DNA of 64,000 nucleotides from Camelus ferus (lineage: Eukaryota). Of the stretch, positions 25,544-38,954 are shown piece after piece. The stretch spans positions 43,092,001 to 43,156,000 of the forward strand of contig NC_045696.1 of NCBI RefSeq assembly GCF_009834535.1, in the 5' to 3' direction. The stretch's first letter is position 1. Each line of letters opens with the position of its first letter. Under the pieces are notes generated by a model. It was not told the DNA's origin and searched no databases. It saw nothing but the letters and a program-made list of their open reading frames with translations. The translations under genes were made by a program, and so were the position numbers.

Positions 25544-28377
25544 TTTTTAACATTTTTAAATGAGTAATAATTTTATAATGTTGTGTCAAATTCCAGTGTA
25601 GAGCACAATTTTTCAGTTATACATGAACATACATCTATTAATTGTCACATTTTTTTTCTCTGTGAGCTACCACAAGATCTTGTATATATTTCCCTGTGCT
25701 ATACAATATAATCTTGTACATCTGTTCTACATTTTAAAATCCCAGTCTGTCCCTTCCCAACCCCCTCCCCCTTGGCAACCACAAGTTTGTATTCTATGTC
25801 TATGAGTCTGTTTCTGTTTTGTATTTTTTATTTTAAGATTCCACATATGAGTGATCTCATATGGTATTTTTCTTTCTCTTTGTGGCTTACTTCACTCCGA
25901 ATGACATTCTCCAGGAACATCCATGTTGCTACAAATGGCGTTATGTTGTCGGTTTTTATGGCTGAATAGTATTCCATTGTATAAATATACCACTTCTTTA
26001 TCCAGTCATCTGTTGATGGACATTTAGACTGTTTCCATGTCTTGGCTATTGTAAATAGTGCTGCTATGAACATCGGGGTGCAGGTGCCATTTTCAAGTAG
26101 GGTTCCTTCTGGATTTATGCGCAGGAGTGGGATTCCTGGGTCATATGGTAAGTCTATTCCTAGTCTTTTGAGGAATCTCCATACTGTTTTCCACAGTGGC
26201 TTTCCTTGCTTTCCTCTCCCACTCTTAATGATTTAGATGTCTTCTTTTACAATTTTGTGTTTATTCTTTTTGCAATTCATGACAGTTATCTCCTTTCCAG
26301 TTATGAGTTTCTCATTTTTGTAGCATCCTGCTTCTTTTCTATTTAGAGTAGACCTGTCAGTATTTCTTTTAGCATGGGTTTGGTGTTGCTAAACTCTTGT
26401 AGTTTTTGCTTGTCTGTGAAGTTCTTTATCTCTCCTTCTATTCTAAAAGATAGCCTTGCTGGATAGAGTATCCTAGGCCGCATCTTTTTTTCATTCAGGA
26501 CCTTGAATATATCTTGCCACTCCCTTCTGGCCTGTATTGTTTGTGTAGAGAAATCAGCTTAGAGCCTTACGGGGGTTCCCTTGTAGCTCACTCTTTGCTT
26601 TTCTCTTGCTGCCTTTAGGATCATTTCTTTCTCCTTGACTCTGGCCATCTTGATTATGATATGTCTTGGTGTGGGTCTGTTTGGGTTCTTCCTGTTTGGG
26701 ACCCTCTGAGCCTCCTGTACTTGGATATGATTCCTTCTTTAGGTTTGGGAAGTTTTCAGTCATGATTTCTTCAAAGACCTTTTCAATCCCCTTTGTTCTT
26801 TCTTCCCCTTCTGGAACCCCTATTATGTGTAGATTGGCATGCTTTATATATCCCATAGGTCCCTTATATTGTTTTCATTGTTTTTTATTTGTTTTTCTCT
26901 CAGTTGTTCTGATCAGGTGCTTTCTGTTGTCCTGTCTTCTAGGTCACTTATTCGTTCCTCTGCATTATCTAGCCTGCTTTGCACAGCCTTTAGGTCAGCT
27001 CTCATCTCAGCAAATGAGTTTACTAACTCTACTTAGTTCTTCTTTATAGCTTCTGTTTCACTTTTGACATATTTTATATCTCTAAACACTATTTCTTTTA
27101 GTTCCTTCAGTACTTTGATCAGTCCTTTTTTGAAATCTTGATAGTAGGCCATCAATGTCTATTTCCTTGAACGTGCTTTCAGGGGATTTCTCTTGATCTT
27201 TTAATTGGGAGTGGTTCCTGTGCTTCTTCATATTGCTCATATCTCCCTGGCACTGTGGCCAGTGGGCGGGCAGGTCACTCCCCCTCCCGATGCTGCATTC
27301 AGATACTGCACTTGAGGGGAGGCAGGTGGGCGGATCGCACCCCCTCCCAGCACCGTGGTCAGGGGCTGCATTCCTGCCAAGAAAGCGGGTGGCTGCCCAC
27401 CCTCTCCTGGCGCTGGTCACTCTGCTGCTCTGTGCAGCTGCCCTATCCGCCTCAGGTCTGCACTCTGTAGGTGGACTCGGGGAAGATGGCAGAACTGCCC
27501 CGCCCCTGCTCCGTGCCCAAACTCAGCTCCTTGTTTGTCTTGGTGGCATGAGTTCTCTGAGGTGCCAGGGCAGAAAAAGCCTATCTATCTGCCTTGGGCT
27601 ATAAACAAGTCTCAGTCCTGCCCAGGAGGTTGCGGAGCCCCCTGGTGCGGATTCAGGGCTCAGCCCTGGCCCCGCCGAGCGCTGCACACAGGAGGATATG
27701 GTGGCTGTGGTTGCGCCCTGCCTCTCTTCTCACAAGAAGCACGAGTAATGGAGCCGCGGGTCTGAGGAGACAGAGGCAACAGCACCCCTCCCCCAAGGGT
27801 ACACCAGCAGTGTTGCTTTGCTTTTTTTCACGATTTATGGGGGACCGAGGTTGTTCTGCTCTGTATCCCCTCCCAGCACAGTGCGCAGCACCCTGCAGTC
27901 GCCCGGGGCTGCCTCAGTGCAGCTGCCCTAGTCCTCCATCCAGCTCAGGCAGCCTGTCCTGGCCCCAGCTGCCGGCTCGTGTCTCAGGCTGGTTGTCGCG
28001 GGGATCCTTTGTGCCCATTTAACTTAGTTCTGTCGGTCAAGGGGTGCTTGGGGCAGATCTGAGCCTCGGAGGCTCCCCCTCCATCCCGTTGGCACCTCTG
28101 TTGGAGGGGGGAGACCTAGCGAATGAGCTCTAGTCCTCCTTTGCCGCTCCTCCCCTGCAGCACCGGTCCCGCACTGTTTTGTTTCTTCTTTTTTCTTTTT
28201 CCCTTTTCTCCTACCAGATTTTTGGCGTCTTTGTCTTTTGAAGAGGGTGATGTTCTGTTGGAGTTCAGCAGGTGCTCTGGTTGGCTGAGTGGGTCCATAG
28301 ATGTGAGTTTTGGTGTATTTGTGGGAGAGGGTGAGCTACAAGCGTCCTTCTACTCTGCCATCATGCTTCTCTCCCCC
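25544..28377 (-). mobile_element. Internally deleted L1 (5'UTR, ORF1, ORF2 tail, 3'UTR; 2.8 kb)
   Basis: TSD AACTTTTTAATT (25532-25543 / 28378-28389). Collinear with the L1 at 9238-16328 apart from deletions at about 26201 and 27258. Confidence 0.93.
26342..27240 (-). pseudogene. Frameshifted L1 ORF1
   Basis: Fragments MSNMKKHRNHSQLKDQEKSPE and IIGVPEGEERTKGIEKVFEEIMTENFPNLKKE lie in different frames. Confidence 0.88.
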
Positions 28378-28799
28378 AACTTTTTAATTGTTAAAGAGAA
28401 TTATCTGATAAAATTATGTCGAAATAATTAATTTTATGCAACAAAGAAGCCAAAGATATATAAAGAAAACCTGATAAAATTATAACAAAACATCATCAAA
28501 ACACTGACATTTTACATCAAAGAGAGAATATTAGACAACGTGAGTGATGCACACAGAAAGGTATCTTGCAAAGCAGGGTCAGGGATGGGAGGCTTATTTA
28601 AGGTAGGTATTTATTCCAAATATTAAGCAATTTAAATGTAAATAATGAACACTAAGTTAACTTTTCTAAGTTAAATCAGAATGTCCCTGTGTCAGAGGAG
28701 GAATGTGAAAAGGACTGTGTTAAATGGCCACTTGGAAATCACCACATCAAAATGTCACATTTCTAGAAGTGTTTAAGGCCATTGTATTCAGAAGTAATC

Positions 28800-29480
28800 T
28801 TGCTTGGTTCTAGCCTGGAGTTGTATCAGTTTTTTCTTTACCCTTGAAATCCAATATTTTTCAACATGGTATGGCTGGTAGGAGACTTTAAAATAATGTT
28901 TTGTTACAAATTTTGTTTAGATTTTTCTTTCATTTTAATGGAGCATTGTTTCATATCTTCAAATGCATTCTACGATTTACTTGTTCAGTTCTGCAGTCAC
29001 ATCTACTGCCAATCTGATTGATCTACCTCATCTTATTTTTTCATTAATTTCTCTCTTTGCAGTGCATTCAATTCCAGCTGTTTTCCACTTTGTTTTCTAT
29101 ATTATTTATCATGAGTTTTGCTTCCAGCAGTGTCAATGTATTTGTCATTTAAGTACATTTTGAAACCCTTCCAAATACTCTTTTATATCTTATTTTATAG
29201 CATCCATTAAAATTTCCTTGAGAATGCAGTTATGACAAATTTATCTTCTTTTTCTAGGGTGTCTCCTTCAAAAATATATTTTCCATCATTTGCATGTTAA
29301 CAAATATTTGCATAATCTCACTTTTTTTCTTGGTTCTATTAACATTTACACATTTCACTAAAAGTCACTGTTTAGATAAATCCTTCATGGTTCCCCTCCC
29401 TTTTTATCTGAGCAAGATTTTGAGTTTTCTTTGTACTAGAAGGGGGTGCTTGAATGCCTGTGGTTTCTCAAGACCTGTTC
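28800..29480 (-). mobile_element. Ancient L1ME/HAL1-like fragment
   Basis: T-rich decayed ORF1-like antisense sequence. Confidence 0.35.
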
Positions 29481-30718
29481 AGCCAAGTAATTATTTGCCG
29501 CCAGGGTTAAAGAACTGGGTTTCAGGGTAGCAACATAGGGAAAAATTTGCCTCTCTGTGTACTTTTTTTTGATTAAAATCTCTGTATTATGGGACATCTT
29601 TGTTAAATTGAATATAGGCCCATTGTTAGGGAAATGGCTATCTTTCAGATATATGTTTGTTCATTGTTTTAGGGTATGTCAGCCTTTTTAGTGGGAGGTT
29701 GAGTTTGGAAATGCTTCATAATTCTTTGAATTTCCATTTGTCTTTCCACATTGAAATAAAAGTATACTGTATGAGAAACAAAGAGAGCTAAGGTTGCAAT
29801 ATGACACCAGCTCTGTTAAAGAGAATGAATTAAAGTTGGAAAACAATCCGTGAAAAAAATGTAACATTGATCACAAAAATGCAACATTGTAAAGCAATGG
29901 TAATAGGCTGAACTTATAAGATATATCTATAATAAAATAAAACTCAAAAAAAGAGGAAGTCAGGGCGTGTTCATTGCAATGGAAGTCAAGGGAGAGAAAA
30001 AAATTGTTTTTAAGAGATCAGGCTTATCTATTCTTACTATAAGTTTCAGGTGGAGCTGGTGTCCAGAGAAGGGTTCCTTGCTTCTACATCTTTGGTGTGG
30101 CCAAGTGCCACAGGAATAAAATTTCTTCTTAACTCCCCAGCTTTTGCTAAACTTTTAACATGGTCCTGCCTTTTATGAGTCATAGCAGAGTGCAGCAAAG
30201 TACTGATGCTCAAGTATGATCCATAGCTATTTGCTCAATAACTCTGTTGATGATGGATTGTTTGATGTATATGCTGGCAATAATTCTGTCTTCAGTACAG
30301 TGTCAGATATTTTGATCTGAAGTAGCTTAATCATAACTTTTATGATATGGCTGATGGGTTTTTGGAAATTTGTTTGTTTGAGGATAACTCCTATTATCAG
30401 TATGTTAGGCCAGCTGGTTAATACTGTCATTTTTGACAATATGTGACAAAATATTGTCCCCTGAATATAAGCTAAATAATGTATCATGAGTGGATCAATG
30501 AATAGCAACATGGCTGTCTTTTCCTACTTACAATGTAAGACTTTCCAATTAAACAATAGAAATATAAATGCATAAAAACAATAAAAGTTACTTTGAATTC
30601 ATCTATGTAAAACTTTATTAGAATAAAATGGTACCTGTGTTTCATCTTAGTGATCAGCCAGAAATATACCTGAATGGATCCTGGCTCTTGGTTCACTCAC
30701 TCACCAACCTGTGAGTGG

Positions 30719-31572
30719 ATGTCTTAAGGGTATGGAACCAGGAAGCCTGCAAAACGGGATCCCCCACTCAGATAGGGAAATGGACACTTGGTGAGAGTAA
30801 AGCAGGTCTAAAGAGCAGACCTCAAGAATTGTAAGGTTGACAAACATAATAGTAATACATGGCTTAACTGAAGCCTGCCAGGTGAAACAGACATCCAAAA
30901 CTGACTCCAAGGAGAAAACTGAAACAGACCAAAAGTAATGGAAGATATTGGGAAATTTATGGAAGGAAGCAAAAGGAAAGGAAATGAAAGAAAGGGAAAA
31001 AGAAGAAAAAGAGGGAAAGGGAAGGAGGGAAGGGAAGGGAGAAGACCCAGATGGTTTTAACAGTGGGTTTACAAGCAGTGTGACTCCAAGGCAGTTAACA
31101 TCTCCCAAATAGAGTACATAAGTACTGTCATAATGTGTCTGTTTTAGGAGCTGCCAAACTTAGAAATCTTTTCCCCCTTTGGGTCAGGTCTAGTATTAAT
31201 TCTTAAACTGTCATCAAGCAAAAAGTAGCAAAACACCAGGGAACAATGTTTACTGTCCTATTTCCCCCATCTGTGACAGAGCTAAGCAGCATTCACACAT
31301 TAGTCATGCACAACCAGCCCTCTGCCCAAAGTCAGGTTTCTAAAAAATGTGCAGAAAATCCTGACGTGACTGGGCTCAGTTGGTCAGGGGTCGGTATGAA
31401 GGATTTTGACCCCTGCCATAGCCATGCTGCAAGGGTACCCTGGGTGACTCTCTAGGTGGGGAGAAATGTATTCTGACCACCTTAAGTACCCCCATCAGGG
31501 CAGACCTGTGGGACTGTGGTGGTATCTGATCATAAATGTCTTCAAGCAAGGGCAAGTTTATCTTCTGTAACA
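30719..31572 (-). mobile_element. Probable old LTR (ERVL-like) with internal purine-rich low-complexity tract at 30960-31045
   Basis: Ends 'tgtaaca' (TGTTACA start on the minus strand); LTR-like composition. Confidence 0.35.
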
Positions 31573-31799
31573 ATTATGGGTGGCAAGTCAGCTTGAGCTC
31601 CAAACCAGGAGACTTGGAACAGAGTCTACTGATGGTACATTTCCTACGTTCTTCTGGAATAGGGTCAAGGATATCTTACTGTAGCATCCTTAGGAAAAAC
31701 AGACATTTTAAAATGGGTCGTCTTCTCAAGAGAATAGAAAAAATACATAATGTTGTTAGAAGGGCTTGGGATTTCCCTGAGGATCTCCTGAAACACTGA

Positions 31800-32225
31800 G
31801 CCTCGCCTCCTTCTCAATCCCTATTGCCTTCTCTCTTTCCTCTCCATGTTATGCTCTTGCAGGAAGTACGCTAACATAAGTCCACTCACAGTTCCTACCA
31901 ATGTAGTGTGGTTTTCTCTGTGTCTTAGTCTGGAGCTGACAACTGCTGCCTCCCTATTCACCTAGTCAGTCTTCTAAACCTTCCCACCTTCTGGGAAGGC
32001 TGCTCTGTCACTCCCTGAAGACAGCTAGTTCAACAAGCATTCCTCTGTGGTGCCATTGTGCCTTGTACCTACTTCTGTGATGACACTTCTCATTGTATTA
32101 TAATTATTTGCCTGTCTTATATTTCTTCTTGAGTAGAATCTTCGTAGTACTTATGTCTGTTATCTCTAACATCTAGCAGAATGTAGAATGAATTGTAGGT
32201 ATTTAGTAATTGGGTTGAATTTAAA
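31800..32225 (+). mobile_element. L2 fragment
   Basis: 'caccttctgggaaggctgctctg...cattgtattataattatttg...atctctaacatctagcagaatg'. Confidence 0.55.
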
Positions 32226-32429
32226 TAGCTTTGCACCTGCTGGTGTATAAGCAGGCAAAATAGAAAAACAAAAATCCCTAAACAGCTCACTTATAGTTTT
32301 GTTGTTGCTGTTATTTTTGACTATGTGATACATTAATTTGAATGGACCAAATACAAAAGCACCTATTTGTATTAAACAAGTATTTACATAGGAAGGGAAA
32401 GAAAGGTGCCTGTTGAGTCTACTACGACT

Positions 32430-32600
32430 GCAGTACTTACCAGGTTTCAAGCATCAGATGTGGTACCTGGCATGCCGCTCCCATTTAATTTTCATTATAA
32501 TCTTGCTGGAGAAGGTATGGGGCTCAGTTTAGACATGTAGAACCTAAGGATCAGAGAGATTAGATCAAGGTTACTTTGGAACTTCGTCTAACCTGTCACT
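32430..32600 (-). mobile_element. MIR SINE
   Basis: 'catttaattttcattataatc...aacctaaggatcagagagatt...aaggttac'. Confidence 0.5.
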
Positions 32601-32678
32601 GTTTGTCTTTTAGCCCTCTGATTAGGGCTCTGTTGTGTTCATGTTGCCAACTAAAACTTGGCGCTTGCCATCTGCCTC

Positions 32679-32885
32679 TATAAGGATTAAGTCACTAGCC
32701 ACTGCAGTCCCTGACCTTCAGTTTTAAGAGTTCAGGGTGGAGATCAGGAATGGGCACTCTGTGCTCTGGGAAAACCTGGTAGAACAGGCCTTCAGATAAT
32801 AAGATATTTTCAGGAGATTTTATGAGCCCAAATTCTTGCATCTCCTTGTATCTAGAAAAGCACTAAAATCATTAATAGAGACGTA
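32679..32885 (+). mobile_element. Partial ERV1-type LTR
   Basis: 'aggattaagtcactagccactgcag...gagttcagggtggagatcaggaat...agaaaagcactaaaatcattaa' resembles laurasiatherian ERV1 LTR 5' halves. Confidence 0.45.
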
Positions 32886-35316
32886 TGCCACATTTCTAAA
32901 AGGAGAAGGTGGTTTTGTTTGTGCTCTAAAGTTTTCACATTTCTATAATACATATCTGTGGCTGATATAGATGACAAATTCCTTGGGGAACGATGCAGTG
33001 TACTTTGCCTTTAAAATGATTATATTTTGCTTCAGTATCCTTCGTTCTGAATATTCAGTAGTTTATAGAAAAGTGTATGGGTAGCAAAAAAAATTAAGGA
33101 GCTTGATTTTCTTTCAGAAATTGTATTAAGAATATATTTGTTTTTAGGTCATAGTTCTGTTCATCTGCGATAGCTTTGTTTCGTTTTTGCTGTTTTTTTT
33201 CCATTGAAATCTTTGTGATTTTTCCTATTGATGAATAAACTTCAGTTTTAAGAAAAGCAAAGAGGAAATCAAAATACAGCAAACACTTTTCACCCACCAA
33301 AAGGGTTAGGTGTGTTTGGTGGATGGTTATGGAATGAATCAATAAATTGACCAATCAGTGACTGGAAGAATGAAGCAGGAGAAAATGTGTCCAAATCCTT
33401 CCATTCTACAGATGCTTCCCTGTTCTCCTCCGGTGTTAAAGAGTCAAAGGCCAAGTGGATGGTGGGAAGAATTTCAGGGGAAGAAGGGCCCAGGAATTGC
33501 CTCCGGTTAATGTCCTGACACTGGTGATATCTTTACTTTTGGAAGCTGCCTGGTTCTATGATTTATCAAGTCTTGGCAAAATGGGGACTCCCTGAAGCTG
33601 TCTTTATCAGCAGCATCTTTTGAAAAATAATATTAAGTTTCAGCAGTTAAGGTCTAAAATACTTGACTTCTTTCTCGGCTTGAACTTCTTGCCCCCTCCT
33701 CCCTTATATCTTTGAAAACAAATTTCCTGTCAAGTTACAGTTTACATTATACTCACTTTTTACAAGTATATAGGCCTGTGACTAATCCAGAGATAATTAT
33801 AGTGCCAATCCCATTGACAAAATCGAAATGCTGAAATGGAAAAGCATACATTTCCACTCTCTTTTCCCAGTAATATTAGCCTGTCACTTCAGTGCTGTAT
33901 CAGAAATTCCTTGGCTGCTTTACTTATATTTGCCCAAAGCCCTGAGAAATCACATTTTCATAAGCAACTTAGTCAGGGTACATCCACAAGCCCCTGGAGT
34001 GAGATTACCACACTGTCCCCCATCAAAAACTTTTCTTATGTGATATTAAGAACTTTGAAAACTGACTCGTGCTTCCCTACCAAAGTCATCTTCAGGATTT
34101 AGGGGGATTCTTAATTAGCTTCTTATGCTCTAGTTAACGTGCTAACCGATTGCGTTTCCATTTCAAAGGCAACATGATGAAAACGTGCATGTTTCTCATT
34201 TAAGAACTACCACACGCATATTGGCACAATAATTTTGTATGAAAACTCAGCATCATGGAAAGTATAGCAACTGGGAGAGCTATAAATGTGAAGACAAATA
34301 TGCAGAAGAAGAAGAAAAACATTCATGAGGCAATTTGCGCCTCGTTACCTAATTTGAATTTTAATAGGCAGACTCCTACCAGAGTCACATGCTGGAAGGA
34401 AACATTGATTGAAAAGGGCCAAAGAAGATATTACGAGATAATTACCTTACAATTTAAAATGCACATTCCATTGTTCATATACAGTGCTTTTTTTTTTTTA
34501 AATCAGTACATCATAGAACATTCAGAGGTTAGAGCAGAAATGTAATATCAAATGCAAAGTAAAATTATAAATCTCTGGATAATGAACTTTTACTTTTCCA
34601 TTATATAGCAGTTAGGTAGGGAAAACATCCCTTGATGATCAAGGCAAATGCAGTGCCACTAAATATTGCATCAAATGCAAAATAAAAATGTTTGTATAAT
34701 GTCGTACCTTGCAGAGCTGTGCACTACATGTGAAAAGTTACTGAGAGGAAGAGAGGGCATTGCAGCAGGGAGAGAGAAATGCACAGTAAAAGTGTTTTAG
34801 AGCTTGTGATTAACAGGAGCATCAATAAATATCCTAAAGTCAATGTAAGACCATTTAAAAAGCTTTTAAATGCTCCTGGCAATTGGTGAACCCATTACCA
34901 GCAAAAATCTTCTGAACACACAAGAAGAGGACTGATGCCTAAACAAACCTAAAAGCAAACTAAAAGTGACTGTCTTTGGTTTCCTGGGGTGAGTTCTGCA
35001 TAATGCAGCAAGAGAAATGTGTGCTACCTGCCATGCTACATGAACAATGCATACGCACGTGCACACGTCCCCCATACATCACTTTTAACCAGAATGGAGT
35101 CCTGGATGCCTAACCCTGGGTCTCCAAAGAAGCAGTGGATGAAAGACAACTGTTCTTTCACTAGAAAGGCCTCCATAGATAAATGAGATGAGAACTGATT
35201 AAAAACACCTATTGAAGGCAGACAATTTTTTTAAACTGTTATTTTAGGAAGATAGTAGCAGGTAGCACATAGAGACACTATTTCAGTCTTAGCTTGGAAA
35301 CTCCTTCTACTTAATA

Positions 35317-35390
35317 CATATATATATTTACCATATATATTTTATATATATGTATATAAATATGTGTGTATATGTATAATTATACATACT
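35317..35390. repeat. (TA)n/(TATG)n-rich microsatellite
   Basis: Directly visible. Confidence 0.8.
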
Positions 35391-37480
35391 TTGTATTGTT
35401 GGTAAAGCTTTGTTTTTAGTTTCTGTGCTTCCAGGTTTAATCTAAACTGACTCCATAAACACTGAGAAGGGAAGAGGCAAGTTCCATAGTAAATATAAAA
35501 CCCTATTGCCCACCGCCCCAGGGGAGAGACGAGATTAGCCAGATTTGTCATCCTTGCAACTTTTCATCACCTTCTTTTCTTCCTTGTATCCCTCGACTTC
35601 CTCATATCCCACTGTCTCTGTCCCAAACAATTTTTTTAATTTACCTAAATATGTGTATTGCTTTTGTTGCTCTTAACAATTGAGCTGCTTCCAGTCCTTG
35701 TCAGAACCATAGTGCAGTATATGAAGGTGTTCTACACACTTCTACCAGCTACTAGTTTGATAGTATGTATATAAAAAGTAGTTGCTAATTCATTAAGATT
35801 TCATTTGAGAAGTGGAACTTCTAAATAGTTGATGACATCATATCCAGAGAATTGGTGCTTCCATACGAAATTTACCACTGAGAGATATCCAGATTACTGA
35901 ATTCACCTGTATCTACCTGATACTTCCTACACTCAGAAAAATAGGTAAATTCAGTATCTGAAATGACATATCATGGCCCAGTAGGGATTAAGTATTATAA
36001 TTAATGTGTTAATTGAAATATCATTTTGTACTCTAATAGAAGAAAAATAACAAAACTCAAAGATAACCTTTCCTTCATCAACTTAACAGAAAATATTTTT
36101 ATAATTGAACAACAAAAAATAGCTCAAATCATTTTCATGTTTAGAAACTTATAAGGGGACAGGAGGAAAAATTCAGAATACATATATCAAATAACCTGAA
36201 AGAATCTGTATAATTTTCAGGATCTGTGTTAGACAAATTTATTTTTAATCTCTACTTTTGGGAGATTTCATATGATTTTTATTTCATTTGGCCAATAAAT
36301 GGGTAGTGTTTTATATGTTGTAAGTCATATTCTCTCATCAGCTATAAGGGGGTAAAGAAAAATGAAAACTTTGGAACAATGCTTTGAATAAAAATACAAC
36401 TTTGAACATTTGTAAACAATAGCTTTTTTTTAACCACTGATTTGTGAGAGTTGTATCTTTAAGAGATGTTGGTTTTCTCACTTTGGCTGAGTTTTGCTAG
36501 AAGCTTTTCAAATCTAGGTATAAGTGCTGTCCCTTTTTATGCAGACTTTTTGTTTTCTGTTTTCCTCAACTGCCCTACCTATAAGTACATAACAGGTTTG
36601 TACTGGCTCCAGTCACGTAAAATCTGTATTGCTTCAGGGTCCCGCATCATGCAAGTCACCCCCAAATGGCCTGCGTCTTTGAGCTGAGTGACCTGCACAG
36701 TGCGCTTTCTCTGTGAGTGCTTCTGAAAGCGTCTGAAACAAGAGTGCTTGTGTTTTCTCCCTTCGTTTGATTGTTGTGGCAGGCTTGTGAATGATACGTC
36801 TTTGAAGAGAGATTTTTCAAAAGCAGAACGCATACTTACTCACCGAGGGTAAGTTTAGAAAGAAACAGTAGCTTTGACATCCAGGGCCACGTACTGTTGA
36901 AGACCTATTCCAGAATGAAGGTGAAAGTTGGATTCAGAGTACTTAAAACTATTCTAGTTTATTATTTTACCATTGAATGGTGAATTTTCTTTAGACTCTA
37001 CCCTCTCTTGCTGTAAGATGAAGAACTATCATGCTATCTATTTTACCTGTTTATTCTTTGTACAGCAGTATTTAGTTACATTTTATCTACTTGATAAGTA
37101 TTTATTGATGGATTAATATGTGCAGAATACTTTGCCTTATGCCAGAAAATTTTAAAATAGAGAATAAAATATTAATATTCAGTCACATCTTCTCCTAAAA
37201 GACTAAGAGGTAAAACAGAAGATTTTGCAAAGGATTTTCAAATGGCATGGGTTTTGTTTAAATAGACTATTAATCCTACAGATAAAATCACGTGAGAGGA
37301 GAAAAAGATAGACTCTGTCGGATGTGGTCACGGAAGTTTTCCTGGAAATGGTGGCCTTTGTTCTAGGCCTTGCTTTCATAAAGTTAGAACAACAGCAAAG
37401 CTGTAAGCATAAAGGGTGTACTTTTCTCCTTATTCATGCCAAACTGTCTTTCCCTGAGTCAGTAGAACCCAGAAGGTAGC

Positions 37481-37860
37481 TGTGATGGTTAATCTTATGT
37501 GTCAGCTTGACGGGACCACAGTTGCCCAGATATTTGGTCAGCTGTTATCCAGAGTGTTTCTGTGAGGATGTTTTTGGATGATATAACACTTAAATTAGTG
37601 GAATGAGTAAAGATGGCTCTCCCTAATGTGTATGAGTCTCATCCAATCGTTGAAGGCCTAGATAGAACCAAATGGCTCGCCCTCCCCTGAGTAAGAGAGA
37701 ATCTTTTCTGCCTGCCTTCAAACTAGGACACTGGCTTTTTCCTGCTTTTGAATTAAACTGAAATATTGGCTCTTTCTGAATATTGAGCCTGTGGTCTTTG
37801 GACAGCAACTGTGTCGTCATTTCTCCTGGTTCTCAGGACTTCAAACTCAAACTGGGATGC
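37481..37860 (+). mobile_element. MLT2-family ERVL LTR (3' part missing)
   Basis: Diagnostic start 'tgtgatggttaatcttatgtgtcagcttgac', plus 'cccagatatttggtca' and 'ctcatccaatcgttgaaggcct'. Confidence 0.88.
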
Positions 37861-38211
37861 AAATAATCAGTATATACATCTCATTAAGCAATGTAGACAA
37901 GATAATACAGGTTGCCTCCATAAGACGACTTGACTTTTAAATTGAATTTTATAAATTACTGCCTAGGTTTTATTTTTCTCTTGACTAACTGTCAGTAACC
38001 TGACTCCAGATATCCTGAGGCCAGGCATTCCACTTCCATGGACTTAATGCAAGTTAAGTCTGACCTTACAGAGCTCACCTCTTCCCGATGATTACTGGTC
38101 AAATATTCTTAATTAGAAATACTCATCATCATTTTTCTTTTGGAATCTTTTACAACATTATTTAAATCATATGTAAGTATTAGCCAATAAGATATAGATA
38201 TTTCTTTAAAG

Positions 38212-38410
38212 CAGAGCTCTGTAAATTATGGCCCACTGACTACATGTAACCCATGGGCATATGTCTGCTTAGCCCTGGAGATAATATTTTTAAAGTATTT
38301 TTACAGGGTTAAAACAAAGATACTAAAATAAGAAAGAGATACCGTGCATGACTCAAAGTCTAAAATATTTACTATCTGGCTTTATAAAGAAAAACTTTGC
38401 CAACTTTGGG
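38212..38410. mobile_element. MER58-like hAT-Charlie MITE
   Basis: 'aaagtctaaaatatttactatctggc...aaaaactttgccaac'. Confidence 0.7.
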
Positions 38411-38954
38411 TTTAAAGTCACATTTCAGTCTACCAAATATTTCAACATAGATTGTTAATAGCCATTCAAAAGATCAGCATCTTTTATCTCCTTTCACCAA
38501 TGAAATTTGAATTTTATGAAAGGTACCAATAGATTATTTCAAAATTTAAAAATCGGTGTGATAGATTGATTATCACAAAGCATAATGTACGTGGCTCTAC
38601 CTCCAGGTTCCATTCTAACTTATCCTTCTGTCACTGGTGTCAGTGGTTTAGCAACCTCAAGTAACGTGGCCTCGGAGCCAGCCTGACTGTTCATCCCCAT
38701 TTTCCTTATTTTTCATTCTCCCCAAAGGAATCATTAGTTAGTATTGAATCAGGAAGTTGTGGTCATTTGAATTATCATAGTACCACCTATGGAAAATTGG
38801 ATAATTGAAGGTCTCATAAAATTCCACTCGGTGTATCAAATAGAACTGTACAGAGAAATACCATTACCCTTGAGAAAGAATGCACAAACATTAGAGATGC
38901 TGAAAACTTCCAGGTGCAGTTTTCAGAGTTCTTTTACTTTCCTTTACTTATTAA

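Noticed and set aside
26190..26215. Splicing as the cause of the 3.7-kb L1 deletion (GCAG|CCACT acceptor-like site)
   Set aside because: Sibling elements show no GT donor at the upstream breakpoint (GGAAA|TATAG, GAAAA|TACAG).
30960..31045. Polypurine tract and the F/S/P-rich ORF 30701-31108
   Set aside because: Low-complexity (GAAAGG)n-like sequence; the ORF is compositional.
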